From Candidatus Woesearchaeota archaeon (GTDB lineage Archaea; Nanobdellota; Nanobdellia; SCGC-AAA011-G17; JAPLZO01), in assembly GCA_026394995.1 (NCBI GenBank), contig JAPLZO010000043.1:1-38584 (forward strand): 38,584 nucleotides of DNA, in the 5' to 3' direction. Below, in pieces: positions 27,157 through 36,426 of the stretch. Position 1 is the stretch's first letter. Each line of letters opens with the position of its first letter. A program made the position numbers and the translations under genes. The notes under the pieces are model-generated. The model saw only the letters and a list, made by a program, of their open reading frames with translations, had not been told where the DNA came from and did no database searches.

Positions 27157-28008
27157 ATGGAAAATAATGAAGAAATGAGAAATGAAGTATTAAAGAATAA
27201 AAATATAATAGTATGTGGTGATCGTTTTAAAGATGTAACAATTTATGCTAAAACCTTAGATGAACTTTATTTTCTAGCTATTAAAGCTGCACTTGCCTTT
27301 GGAAGAAAATATAAAATTGATAGTGGAAGTTATGCAGGTTCTCATAGATTTGAATTTGATAATGCTAAACTAATTGTTGAATATCCTACAACAAGACCAT
27401 TAGCACCAACTCCTAGACAAGGAATACCCGTTCCAACTAATGATGAAAAAATAGAATTATATTATAATAATTATTTAATGAATGGTTATTTAGAACCAAA
27501 TGAACATTATAGATATTCATCTTGGATAGTTGGTATGCCAGAAGATATTCCATTAAAAGAATTAACAGAAGAAAGTGTTCCACGTGGAACAAGATTCAAT
27601 CAATTACAATGGTGTATTGATCATTTTATAAAAGATGGTTTTGGTACAAATCATTGTTATATTAGGGTTGGTTGTGCAGAAGGTCTTAAAAGATATGATT
27701 GGCCATATAAAAGTGATGCTGAAAAAGGCTCAACTGAATGCATGACTGGATTATCTTTAAAAATAAAAAAATCTGATAATGATCAATATTACTTAAATGG
27801 CAAAATAACTTTTAGATCATGGGATATGATAGATGGTATGCCTGAAAATCTTGGTGGTATTGTTCGTTTATTAGAAGAAACAGCAGGTGAAATAGAAAAG
27901 AAAAGTAAAAAGCTAGTTAAAATTGGAACATTATTTGCTGATAGTGATGGTTTACATGTATATGATCATTTCCTAGATTATGCTAAATTATATACAAATA
28001 CAACTTAG
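27157..28008 (+). CDS. Thymidylate synthase-like protein (ThyA fold); start reassigned to ATG 27157
   Basis: STECM (catalytic Cys position), FRSWD, GMPEN, LHVY. Directly follows nrdJ. Confidence 0.75.
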   Translation: MENNEEMRNEVLKNKNIIVCGDRFKDVTIYAKTLDELYFLAIKAALAFGRKYKIDSGSYAGSHRFEFDNAKLIVEYPTTRPLAPTPRQGIPVPTNDEKIELYYNNYLMNGYLEPNEHYRYSSWIVGMPEDIPLKELTEESVPRGTRFNQLQWCIDHFIKDGFGTNHCYIRVGCAEGLKRYDWPYKSDAEKGSTECMTGLSLKIKKSDNDQYYLNGKITFRSWDMIDGMPENLGGIVRLLEETAGEIEKKSKKLVKIGTLFADSDGLHVYDHFLDYAKLYTNTT

Positions 28009-28009
28009 A

Positions 28010-29665
28010 TTACATCTCTTCAATAACATCTATTCCTAATAAATTCAAAGAATTCTTCATAACAACTTTAAAAGATTGCACAATAGCCAATCTTTGTTGT
28101 TCCTCATCGCTACCAATTACTTTGCAATGTTGATAAAACTCATTAAATATTTGAGCTAATTTAAAAGTATAATTTGCAATAACATTAGGTGAATAGTTAT
28201 TATACGAATTTCTAACAACATCTGAAAATTCTCCTAATTTTTTAAGTAATTTTATTTCCTTATCTTCTAAATTCAAAATTTTTATATTAGCTATTTTCCT
28301 TTTTGATTTTTTTAATATAGAGGATGCACGAGCATAACTATATTGTAAATATGGTCCTGTATCACCCTCAAATCTTGTTATATCTTGTTCATTAAAAATA
28401 ATATTTTTATTAACATCTTGAGCTAACATTACATATTTTATTGCACCAAGAGCAATTTTTTTAGCTCTATCATCTAATTCTTTACCAGAAATTTTATTAT
28501 TTCTTTTTTTAATCTCAATTTTAACCAAATCAATGATTGTTGCTAAGGTTTCATCATATAATATAACTTTTCCTTCTCTAGAAGCCATTTTTCCTGTTGG
28601 TAATATGACAAGTCCATATGAAAGATGCTCTTCTTTTTTTGCTAATTTTGGGTTATATATTTCAATGGTCTTTATTAACTGTTTAAAATACATATTTTGT
28701 TCAGAACCAACAACATGTAATATTTTATTTGGTTTATATCCTTTATCTTGAAGTTCAGCTAATGCAAAATCTTTAGTTGAATACAAAGGAGTTCCATCTG
28801 ATTTTAATAATAAAAAAACTCCTAAACCATATTTTTCAAGATTAATTATTGCAGCACCTTCATTTATTATTGCAATTTTTTTCTTAATTAAATCTTTAAC
28901 AATCTCTATTCCTTTTTTCTCAACTTGACTTTCAAAATAGAATCTATTAAATTTAACTTTAAAATCTGGATAAATAATTTTTTCAAAATAGTCTATACTC
29001 CACTTTCTTGTTTTCTTCCATAAATCTAAAAGTTTTTTATCTCCAGCATATAATTTTTGATTTATTTCATTTATTTCTTGAGCAATTTTTTCATCTACAG
29101 CAGCTGCACTTGCTTTTGCATAAACAATTCCCAACCATTTACCCTTATTATCTTTAGGCTCTTTTAATCCCAATTTTTTTAGATTGAGTATACCCCATAT
29201 TGTTTTTGCAACATGCATTCCAATATCCCCTTGGTAATTTACTCTTATAACTTTATATCCTAATTTTTCTATTATTCTACATAAAGATTCACCTAAACAT
29301 ATATTTCTTGTATGTCCTACATGAAAAGCTTTATGAGTATTAGCATGACAAAACTCAACCATTATGTTTCCTTTCTCTTTTCCCTTACCATAATTCTCTT
29401 TTTCTTTTAGAATTTGTTTTATAGTATTCTCAGCAAGATATTTTTTATTAATAAAAAAATTCAGATAAGGTCCTCTTGCTTCTACTTTTTCTAAAAAGTT
29501 TGCTTTAATTTTATTACTTAATTCTTTAGCTTTTTCATTTGGATTTTGTAATTTAAAACAAGGAAAAGCATAATCTCCAAAATTAGCTGGAGGGACTTCT
29601 AAAACTATATCTTTTGTTTCTAATTCTTTTTGTAATAGTTTTATTATCTCTTTTTTATAATTCAT
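28010..29665 (-). CDS. argS: Arginine--tRNA ligase
   Basis: FGDYAFPCF, GPYLNFF, ANTHKAFHVGH (HIGH), KMASREG, FEGDTGPYLQYSYAR, ends EEM. Confidence 0.96.
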   Translation of the reverse strand: MNYKKEIIKLLQKELETKDIVLEVPPANFGDYAFPCFKLQNPNEKAKELSNKIKANFLEKVEARGPYLNFFINKKYLAENTIKQILKEKENYGKGKEKGNIMVEFCHANTHKAFHVGHTRNICLGESLCRIIEKLGYKVIRVNYQGDIGMHVAKTIWGILNLKKLGLKEPKDNKGKWLGIVYAKASAAAVDEKIAQEINEINQKLYAGDKKLLDLWKKTRKWSIDYFEKIIYPDFKVKFNRFYFESQVEKKGIEIVKDLIKKKIAIINEGAAIINLEKYGLGVFLLLKSDGTPLYSTKDFALAELQDKGYKPNKILHVVGSEQNMYFKQLIKTIEIYNPKLAKKEEHLSYGLVILPTGKMASREGKVILYDETLATIIDLVKIEIKKRNNKISGKELDDRAKKIALGAIKYVMLAQDVNKNIIFNEQDITRFEGDTGPYLQYSYARASSILKKSKRKIANIKILNLEDKEIKLLKKLGEFSDVVRNSYNNYSPNVIANYTFKLAQIFNEFYQHCKVIGSDEEQQRLAIVQSFKVVMKNSLNLLGIDVIEEM

Positions 29666-29704
29666 AAATAAAAAGAAGAAATAAGGTTATTTAAAGTTTT
29701 TTGA

Positions 29705-30535
29705 TTATTTGCTAACACTACTAGCTGCCTTATCTGCTGGATCCATTGTCTTCCAACTTACATTAAATAGATTTTCCATTGCTGTTGCAAAATAAGGTGT
29801 ATTAACCCATATCCCTATATCATAAGTTGGATGTACTTCTTCGTCATTTAATATCATAAACATTAATTCTTTGTTGTCTACTAAAACAAATCTTGAATTG
29901 ATTTTGTTATTATGTTTAACTTCTGCTATTTTTGATATAGATTGTATAACTGGTAAATTTTCTTTTGTTATTGGAGCAGCTATTTTTATTTTCACACCTT
30001 TTTTAGCTAATCTTTCTAATTCAGGTTTTAATGCTTCTATTTTTCTTAATACTCCTTTAGAGGTTGTCATAATAGTTACTGATTTTTGTGCATTTTTGAT
30101 CATAGTTTCTAGATGAGTATAAACATTATGTCTACCTCTTATTGCTCCTGATAAATCAGTTGGTTCAACAAATTCAATACCTTGCTTATGCAATGTATTC
30201 AATTCTTGTAACACATCTGTACTTTTTAATTCATCTAATTTTTTTACTTTGTCATTTGCATGATTCACTAAATATTTTTTAACACGTTCAACAACTTCTT
30301 TGGGCTCAACAGCAAGATACTTGATTGGCTTTCCTAATTTCATAACAACAAAACCTTTTTTCTCTAAACTCTCTAGAACATCATATGCTCTAGATCTTGG
30401 AACATTGCCTATATCACTTAATTCACCTGCTGTAGAAATACCCCTAGAAAGTAATGCTGTCCAGATTCTTACTTCATACAGATTTAAACCAAAATATTGT
30501 CTAAGTTTATTTAAAAACTCCTCTTTTATAATCAT
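29705..30535 (-). CDS. TrmB family transcriptional regulator
   Basis: FGLNLYE..., VPRSRAYDVLESLEKKGFV wHTH, followed by a C-terminal effector-like domain. SD GGAGG. Confidence 0.9.
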   Translation of the reverse strand: MIIKEEFLNKLRQYFGLNLYEVRIWTALLSRGISTAGELSDIGNVPRSRAYDVLESLEKKGFVVMKLGKPIKYLAVEPKEVVERVKKYLVNHANDKVKKLDELKSTDVLQELNTLHKQGIEFVEPTDLSGAIRGRHNVYTHLETMIKNAQKSVTIMTTSKGVLRKIEALKPELERLAKKGVKIKIAAPITKENLPVIQSISKIAEVKHNNKINSRFVLVDNKELMFMILNDEEVHPTYDIGIWVNTPYFATAMENLFNVSWKTMDPADKAASSVSK

Positions 30536-30686
30536 AACTATAACCTCCTAGGACCACCTTCTTTTTATATGTATAGTTAAATTAAATTACTACTAGCATA
30601 TACAATCTTGTTTCCTTACTCAGTGAAAGCAAAGATTAATAAAAATTAAATATTTTGAGTATTTAAAGATTGTTATATTACAAAAT

Positions 30687-32357
30687 CTATTTTATTTGTT
30701 TTGAATATATTTCTTTTATTTTATATATTGTATCAATATCTTTAACACCTTTATCATATCTTACTCTTAAAACTCTTGGAAATCTTAATGCATATCCACT
30801 ACTATAAGTAGGACTCTTTTGTATTTCCTCATAAGCAATTTCTACAACCAAACTTGGTTTTATTTTCACAATTTTTCCTTCTTGTTTTATAATATTTGGT
30901 TTTAATAATTTGGTTAATTGCTTAAAAGTAATTCCTTCTTCATCTTTTTCCTTAATACCAGTACCAACTTTACCAACATCTAAAAATTCACTATCTTTTC
31001 TGCATGATAATGTAAAACTAGATAACCATGTTGCCCTTTTTCCCTCACCCCACTCAGCTCCGCTTATAACTAAATCTAAAGTTTCCATTATGGATTTTAT
31101 TTTTAACCATCCACCAACTCTTCTTCCTGGTTGATATATTGTTTTTAAATTTTTAACCATAACACCCTCATTACCAGCTTTTAAAGATTCTTTGTAGAAT
31201 TTTTTAGCTTCTTTTTCATTATCAGTAACTAGTTTCTTAGTTAAAACTATTTTCTTAGGAACTTGTTTCACAATTTTTTCTAAAAATTTTCTTCTTTGTT
31301 CTTGAGTCTCTTTAGTCAAATCTTTACCCTCATAATACATAATATCAAATAAATTAACTTCAACTGGAAACCTTTTGGCTATGTCTTCTATATCATATTT
31401 TCTTTTTATCCTTTGAGAAATATTTTGAAATGGTAAATATTTACCTGTTTTAGCATCATATCCAACAAATTCAGAGTCTAATACATAAGAATCACCTTTA
31501 ATATTTTTTTCAATATGATTTAAAGTTTCTTTAAATTGATTTGTAACATTTTCCATCCCTCTTGTAAATAATAAAATTTTATTATCTTTTTTATGAATTT
31601 GAACTCTAAACCCATCTAATTTATATTCAAAAAGTGCTGGTTTTCCTAGAGCTTTAAAAGCATCTTCTATTGTTTCTACTCTAATAGCTAACATAGCATT
31701 TATTGGTCTCATAATTGTTAATCCAATTTTACCTAAACTTTTTTTCTTTGCAACTTTAGCAACTTCAGAATAATCATTCATTAAATCAAATGCTTGCTCA
31801 ACTTCTTTAAAATCAACATCATATGCTTTTGCAATAGCATCTCTTAAAATACCTTCAGCAACTCCAACTCTTAAAACTTCTAAAACCGTTCTTATAATAA
31901 ACTTAGCTTCTATAGGTTTAGCACTTGTTAATAGTTCAGCAACTAAACCTATTTTTTTATTAACAGTACCTTCACCTTCTAATACTGATAATTTTCTAAT
32001 ATTATCAAAAACTTTTTTTACAGTTAGTTTATGTTGTACTAATGTTACTTGTTCTTTTTCTTTTGTTAATTCTTCAGCAACTTTGCCTAAATCACCAAGT
32101 TTATTTAACATTTTTTCAACTTCTTCTTTGCTAGCACCTGTTGCTAATGTAACAGCCCTTAAAGCTAATTTAGAACTCATTCCAATTTTTCTTTCATCCC
32201 AATTTGGAAAGACTTTACCTTGAATTAAATACATTATCTGTTCTAAATCTTCAACAGAAGCTTTTTTCAATAATCTAGAAATAATATCACTTTTCTCTAA
32301 TCTTTTGGTTGTTTTTTCTAGTTCTTCATAAACATTAACTAGATCTAAATAATCCAT
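30687..32357 (-). CDS. lig: ATP-dependent DNA ligase; start reassigned to ATG 32357
   Basis: EYKLDGFRVQIHK, EGVMVK, WLKIK, LDLVI, YALRFPR. The track's first 67 aa overlap the divergent nitroreductase gene. Confidence 0.95.
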   Translation of the reverse strand: MDYLDLVNVYEELEKTTKRLEKSDIISRLLKKASVEDLEQIMYLIQGKVFPNWDERKIGMSSKLALRAVTLATGASKEEVEKMLNKLGDLGKVAEELTKEKEQVTLVQHKLTVKKVFDNIRKLSVLEGEGTVNKKIGLVAELLTSAKPIEAKFIIRTVLEVLRVGVAEGILRDAIAKAYDVDFKEVEQAFDLMNDYSEVAKVAKKKSLGKIGLTIMRPINAMLAIRVETIEDAFKALGKPALFEYKLDGFRVQIHKKDNKILLFTRGMENVTNQFKETLNHIEKNIKGDSYVLDSEFVGYDAKTGKYLPFQNISQRIKRKYDIEDIAKRFPVEVNLFDIMYYEGKDLTKETQEQRRKFLEKIVKQVPKKIVLTKKLVTDNEKEAKKFYKESLKAGNEGVMVKNLKTIYQPGRRVGGWLKIKSIMETLDLVISGAEWGEGKRATWLSSFTLSCRKDSEFLDVGKVGTGIKEKDEEGITFKQLTKLLKPNIIKQEGKIVKIKPSLVVEIAYEEIQKSPTYSSGYALRFPRVLRVRYDKGVKDIDTIYKIKEIYSKQIK

Positions 32358-32396
32358 AGAAATGTTTAAATATTCGGCAACTTTTAAACCTTTTGG
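32358..32396. promoter_or_regulatory. Overlapping divergent leaderless promoters (lig / nitroreductase)
   Basis: 39-bp gap with TTTAAATA (+) and TTTAAAAG (-), each roughly 25 nt from an ATG. Confidence 0.55.
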
Positions 32397-33035
32397 ATGA
32401 CCATAGAAAATATAATTAAAGAAAGAAGATCTATTAGAAAATATATAGACAAAAAAGTTACATTTGATAAAATTGGTAAGATTATAGAAGCTGGGATTTA
32501 TGCTCCTTCTTCTGGAAATATACAAAATTGGAGTTTTATAATTGTAAGAGATACACAAAAAAAAGAAGAAATAGCAGCAGCATCTTTAAAACAATATTGG
32601 ATGACAACTGCTTATGCATATATTATAATTTGTAATAACACACAAAAAATAGAAAAATTATATGGTAATCATGGTAAAATATACTCAACACAAAATTGTG
32701 CACTAGCAGCCGAAAATATGATGCTAATGGCAGAATCTCTTGGCCTTAGTACATGTTTTGTTGGAGCTTTTGATCATAATGCAATCTCAAGAATTTTAAA
32801 ATTACCTTCTACAATAATCCCAGAAATAATATTAACTCTTGGTTACGGTGATGAAAAACCAATAAAAACATCAAGAGACCCTATTGAAAAAGTTACATTC
32901 TTTGAAGAATATGGCAAAAAAATGGTTGATGATTTTTCATTTTGGCCATTACAAAAATTTGAAAAAGATATTAAAGATTTAAGAGAAAAACACTCAAAAA
33001 AAGTAAGCGAATTCTATAAAAAAATTAAGAAATAA
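32397..33035 (+). CDS. Nitroreductase family protein
   Basis: RRSIRKY, APSSGNIQNWSF, AAENMMLMAESLGLSTCFVG, LTLGY. Confidence 0.92.
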   Translation: MTIENIIKERRSIRKYIDKKVTFDKIGKIIEAGIYAPSSGNIQNWSFIIVRDTQKKEEIAAASLKQYWMTTAYAYIIICNNTQKIEKLYGNHGKIYSTQNCALAAENMMLMAESLGLSTCFVGAFDHNAISRILKLPSTIIPEIILTLGYGDEKPIKTSRDPIEKVTFFEEYGKKMVDDFSFWPLQKFEKDIKDLREKHSKKVSEFYKKIKK

Positions 33036-33040
33036 GTTTT

Positions 33041-33136
33041 CTCACTTTATTTTTTAAAATAAAAATCAAGCCAGTGCCTTCTAGGCACCAGCAAAAAAGA
33101 CTAAAGTGAGGGCAAAAATTTAGGGGGGTTTGCCCT
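33041..33136. terminator. Structured element between convergent nitroreductase and ftsZ genes
   Basis: CTCACTTTA/TAAAGTGAG (33041-33049 / 33102-33110) enclosing a GTGCC/GGCAC hairpin; AGGGCAAA/TTTGCCCT (33109-33116 / 33129-33136). Confidence 0.4.
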
Positions 33137-33148
33137 TTTAAATGTAAT

Positions 33149-34243
33149 TTATCTTCTTAATGCAGTCACTACATCTATGCCTAACTCTTGACTCATTTGC
33201 GATGCCTTTGAAGCAATTTTTTTATGATCACTTCTTCCTAAGATATATGGTGAGTTTACTCCTGTAATTATAGTCATGACTCTTATTCTACCATTTAGGT
33301 TTTCATTTATTCTGGCTCCCCAGATAACGTTAGCATCTGCATCTAAAGTTTCTGTTATTATTTCACCAACTTTGCTAACTTCATCTAATGTTAAATCATC
33401 TCCACCACTTACATGAATTAAAGCACCAACTGCGCCTTCATAGCTAACATCTAATAATGGATTAGTTAATGCTCTTCTAGTGGCTTCCTCTACTCTATTC
33501 TCAGAGTCAGATTCACCTATTCCAATTACAGAAACGTCTCCATCAGCCATAATTGCTTTTACATCAGCGTAATCTAAGTTAACTAAACTTGGAATTGCTA
33601 TTGTTTCAACTATACCTTTTATCATAGTACTAACCAATTCATTTGCAACTGCAAATGCTTGTTGTACTGGTAAGTTTCCAGCAATATTTACTAATCTATT
33701 ATTATCAATAACAATAACAGTATCAGAAACTTCTCTTAATTGTTGTAATCCAAATTCAGCTTTATCAACTCTTGCTCTTTCAATATCGAATGGCATGGTT
33801 ACAGTACCTATAACAATAGCACCAACTTCTTTAGCTACTTGTGCTATAATAGGAGCAGCACCAGTTCCAGTACCTCCACCCATTCCTGCACATATAAAAA
33901 CCATATCAGCGTCTTTCAAAACCATTTTCAAATCATGTAAACTTTCTTTAGCAGCTTCTCTTCCTTTATCAGGAAAACCACCGCATCCCAAACCTCTGGT
34001 TAATTCTTTTCCAATCAAAACTTTGTGATCAGCTTCAGTTATATCTAAATGTTGTTTATCTGTGTTTACAGCAATAATCTCAGCACCTTGCACACCTTTT
34101 TTGTGTAACCAACTAATCATATTGCTTCCACCACCACCAGCTCCAATTACTTTAATTTGAGCTTGGCCAACTTTCATTGAACTTGTGTCAATAGTTGGAG
34201 CACTTTTTAATGCATCTTTTACTAAAAAATCCATCATTTTCAT
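33149..34243 (-). CDS. ftsZ: Cell division protein FtsZ (FtsZ2-like)
   Basis: GAGGGGSN, AGMGGGTGTG tubulin signature, IDNNRL, PSLVNLDYADV, VIWGA. Confidence 0.96.
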   Translation of the reverse strand: MKMMDFLVKDALKSAPTIDTSSMKVGQAQIKVIGAGGGGSNMISWLHKKGVQGAEIIAVNTDKQHLDITEADHKVLIGKELTRGLGCGGFPDKGREAAKESLHDLKMVLKDADMVFICAGMGGGTGTGAAPIIAQVAKEVGAIVIGTVTMPFDIERARVDKAEFGLQQLREVSDTVIVIDNNRLVNIAGNLPVQQAFAVANELVSTMIKGIVETIAIPSLVNLDYADVKAIMADGDVSVIGIGESDSENRVEEATRRALTNPLLDVSYEGAVGALIHVSGGDDLTLDEVSKVGEIITETLDADANVIWGARINENLNGRIRVMTIITGVNSPYILGRSDHKKIASKASQMSQELGIDVVTALRR

Positions 34244-34575
34244 TTTCCCCCTTTTTTGGTTTTCATTTGATTTTTATGTGAGATATATATTCTCTAAAAC
34301 AATAATATTTATATCTCGGTTATGTTTTATTACTTTTAGAAATCTTTTTCATCAAAAGTTTAGATGATTAATGATTCAAACTTGAGAAGAAGATAAATCT
34401 AAATAAGACTTATGTTTTCGAAGTTCATTTCAGCGACCAAATTGAAATGAAACTTTAATTAATTCTTATATAATTATTTTTATATAAACAATTTACTTAT
34501 AAATATGATTAAGATACAAAATATATATTCAAGAATATAAATGTTATTTAATACAATTTCTTTTTATTAATTTTA

Positions 34576-35868
34576 ATGAAAAAATATAATTTTAAAGAAA
34601 GTGATTTAATAGAAATTAGAACTTCTTCTGAAAAATTACAAGGAGTTTTAATGCAATCTCCTTCGCAAAATCTAGTTATAAAATTAAATAATGGTTATAA
34701 TCTATCAATAAATAAAAATGATATAGAAAATATTAAACTATTAAAAAAATATAAACCTCAAAAAGAAAAAGAAATTTCTCAGATAAAGGTTAATAAAAGT
34801 TTACCAACGATTTCAATATTACATACAGGTGGTACAATAGCTTCTAAAGTTGATTATAAAACCGGAGGAGTTAGCTTCAAATTTACTCCACAAGACTTAT
34901 TAGAAATGTTTCCCGAACTAAGAGACATAGCAAACTTCAAAGCTAAACTTGTAAGAAAAATGTGGTCTGATGATTTAAGATTTAAGCATATGTCCATTCT
35001 CACAAATGAAATTAAAAATGAAATTAAAAACAAAGTTGATGGAATAATAATAGGAATGGGAACAGATAATTTAGCAGTAGCAAGTGCTGCTTTATCCTTT
35101 GCTTTAGAATCTTGCCCGATTCCAATAATTTTAGTAGGAGCTCAAAGAAGTTCTGATCGTGGTTCAAGTGATGCTGCTGTAAACTTAATATGTGCAGCCA
35201 ACTTTATAGCAAAAACTGATTTTGCTGGTGTTGCAATTTGTATGCATGAAAATATGGAAGACAATAATTGTTTAATTTTACCTGCATGTAAAACTCGTAA
35301 ATTGCATACTTCTAGAAGAGATGCATTTAAAGTAGTTAATGAAGAACCTATAGCAAAGGTAAATTATTACACAAAACAAATAGAATTTCTAAGACATGAT
35401 CATACTAAAAAAGGTAATAAATTAATAATTAAAAATAAATTTGAAGAGAAAGTAGCTTTAATTAAAATAACAATAAATATGACTGCAAATCAATTTAGTG
35501 CATATAAAGGTTATAAAGGCTTAATTATTGAAGGAACAGGTCTAGGACATACACCATTAGATGTTATTGATAAAGAGACTAAAGAGCATGATAAAATAAA
35601 AAAAGCACTAGAAAATTTATCTAAAAATTGTGTTATTGTAATGACCCCTCAATGTATATTTGGCCGTGTTAATATGAATGTTTATTCCAAAGGTCGTGAT
35701 TTACAAAAAATTGGAATAATTTCTGGTGAGGATATGTTACCAGAAACAGCATTTGTAAAATTATCTTGGTTATTAGCTAATTATCCAAAAGCTCAAGTTA
35801 AAGAACTAATAAAAGAAAATCTCCGTGGTGAAATAAATAAAAGAATTTTACCTGATGAGTTTATATAA
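34576..35868 (+). CDS. gatD: Glu-tRNA(Gln) amidotransferase subunit D
   Basis: IKLNNGYN, TGGTIASKVDYKTG, GTD, GAQRSSDRGSSD, RKLHTSRRDAF, DMLPETAFVKL. Confidence 0.95.
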   Translation: MKKYNFKESDLIEIRTSSEKLQGVLMQSPSQNLVIKLNNGYNLSINKNDIENIKLLKKYKPQKEKEISQIKVNKSLPTISILHTGGTIASKVDYKTGGVSFKFTPQDLLEMFPELRDIANFKAKLVRKMWSDDLRFKHMSILTNEIKNEIKNKVDGIIIGMGTDNLAVASAALSFALESCPIPIILVGAQRSSDRGSSDAAVNLICAANFIAKTDFAGVAICMHENMEDNNCLILPACKTRKLHTSRRDAFKVVNEEPIAKVNYYTKQIEFLRHDHTKKGNKLIIKNKFEEKVALIKITINMTANQFSAYKGYKGLIIEGTGLGHTPLDVIDKETKEHDKIKKALENLSKNCVIVMTPQCIFGRVNMNVYSKGRDLQKIGIISGEDMLPETAFVKLSWLLANYPKAQVKELIKENLRGEINKRILPDEFI

Positions 35869-35951
35869 CTTTTTATAAATTTTTAAATAGTAATAAAAAT
35901 ATGAGCAATGATTCATTAAGTTTTTAAGCAAATTATTTCTATATTTATAAT

Positions 35952-36104
35952 ATGAAAAGGGGAGATATTTTACTACAAAAGAGAATAAATTATAATTATG
36001 ATGACATGGATTTCTACGAACAAGACTACATAGAAGAAGCACTAGAGGATGATGAAATCTCTAGTGAAGAACAAGCATTCATGGTTGGTTATCTTGAAGA
36101 ATAA
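35952..36104 (+). CDS. Small highly acidic hypothetical protein
   Basis: Not in ORF track. MKRGDILLQKRINYNYDDMDFYEQDYIEEALEDDEISSEEQAFMVGYLEE*. TATA-like TTTTTAAG about 25 nt upstream. Confidence 0.65.
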   Translation: MKRGDILLQKRINYNYDDMDFYEQDYIEEALEDDEISSEEQAFMVGYLEE

Positions 36105-36162
36105 TAAAAAATAACAACAATAACTGTATATTTTAAATAGTTAAAACTTTATTAATTCTATA

Positions 36163-36408
36163 ATGTATATTGGTGATTTACTAAATAAAATAAGATGGGA
36201 TCCAAAAGAAAACCCACAAGATTATACTATAGTTTATTTTGATAGGATGTTAGAAAAAAGAATAGAAATTCCATTTGCTTCTATTTCAAGAGCTGGTACT
36301 TTTATGATTTTTAAACAAAATAATAAAGATATTCATATACCTCTACATAGAATAAGAGAAGTAAGAAAAAAGGAAAAATTATTTGGGAAAGATAAATTAT
36401 ATAAATAA
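36163..36408 (+). CDS. DUF504 / MJ1316-like RNA-binding domain protein
   Basis: LLNKIRWDP...IVYFDR...IPLHRIREV. Confidence 0.85.
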   Translation: MYIGDLLNKIRWDPKENPQDYTIVYFDRMLEKRIEIPFASISRAGTFMIFKQNNKDIHIPLHRIREVRKKEKLFGKDKLYK

Positions 36409-36426
36409 ATAAAAAGTAATCTAATC

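Noticed and set aside
30600..30640. Hammerhead-like ribozyme in the TrmB leader
   Set aside because: Reads CUGAGUA rather than CUGANGA, and the required stems are absent.
32358..32558. 67-aa N-terminal extension of DNA ligase in the track
   Set aside because: It overlaps the divergent nitroreductase gene; ligase-like sequence begins at MDYLDLV (32357).
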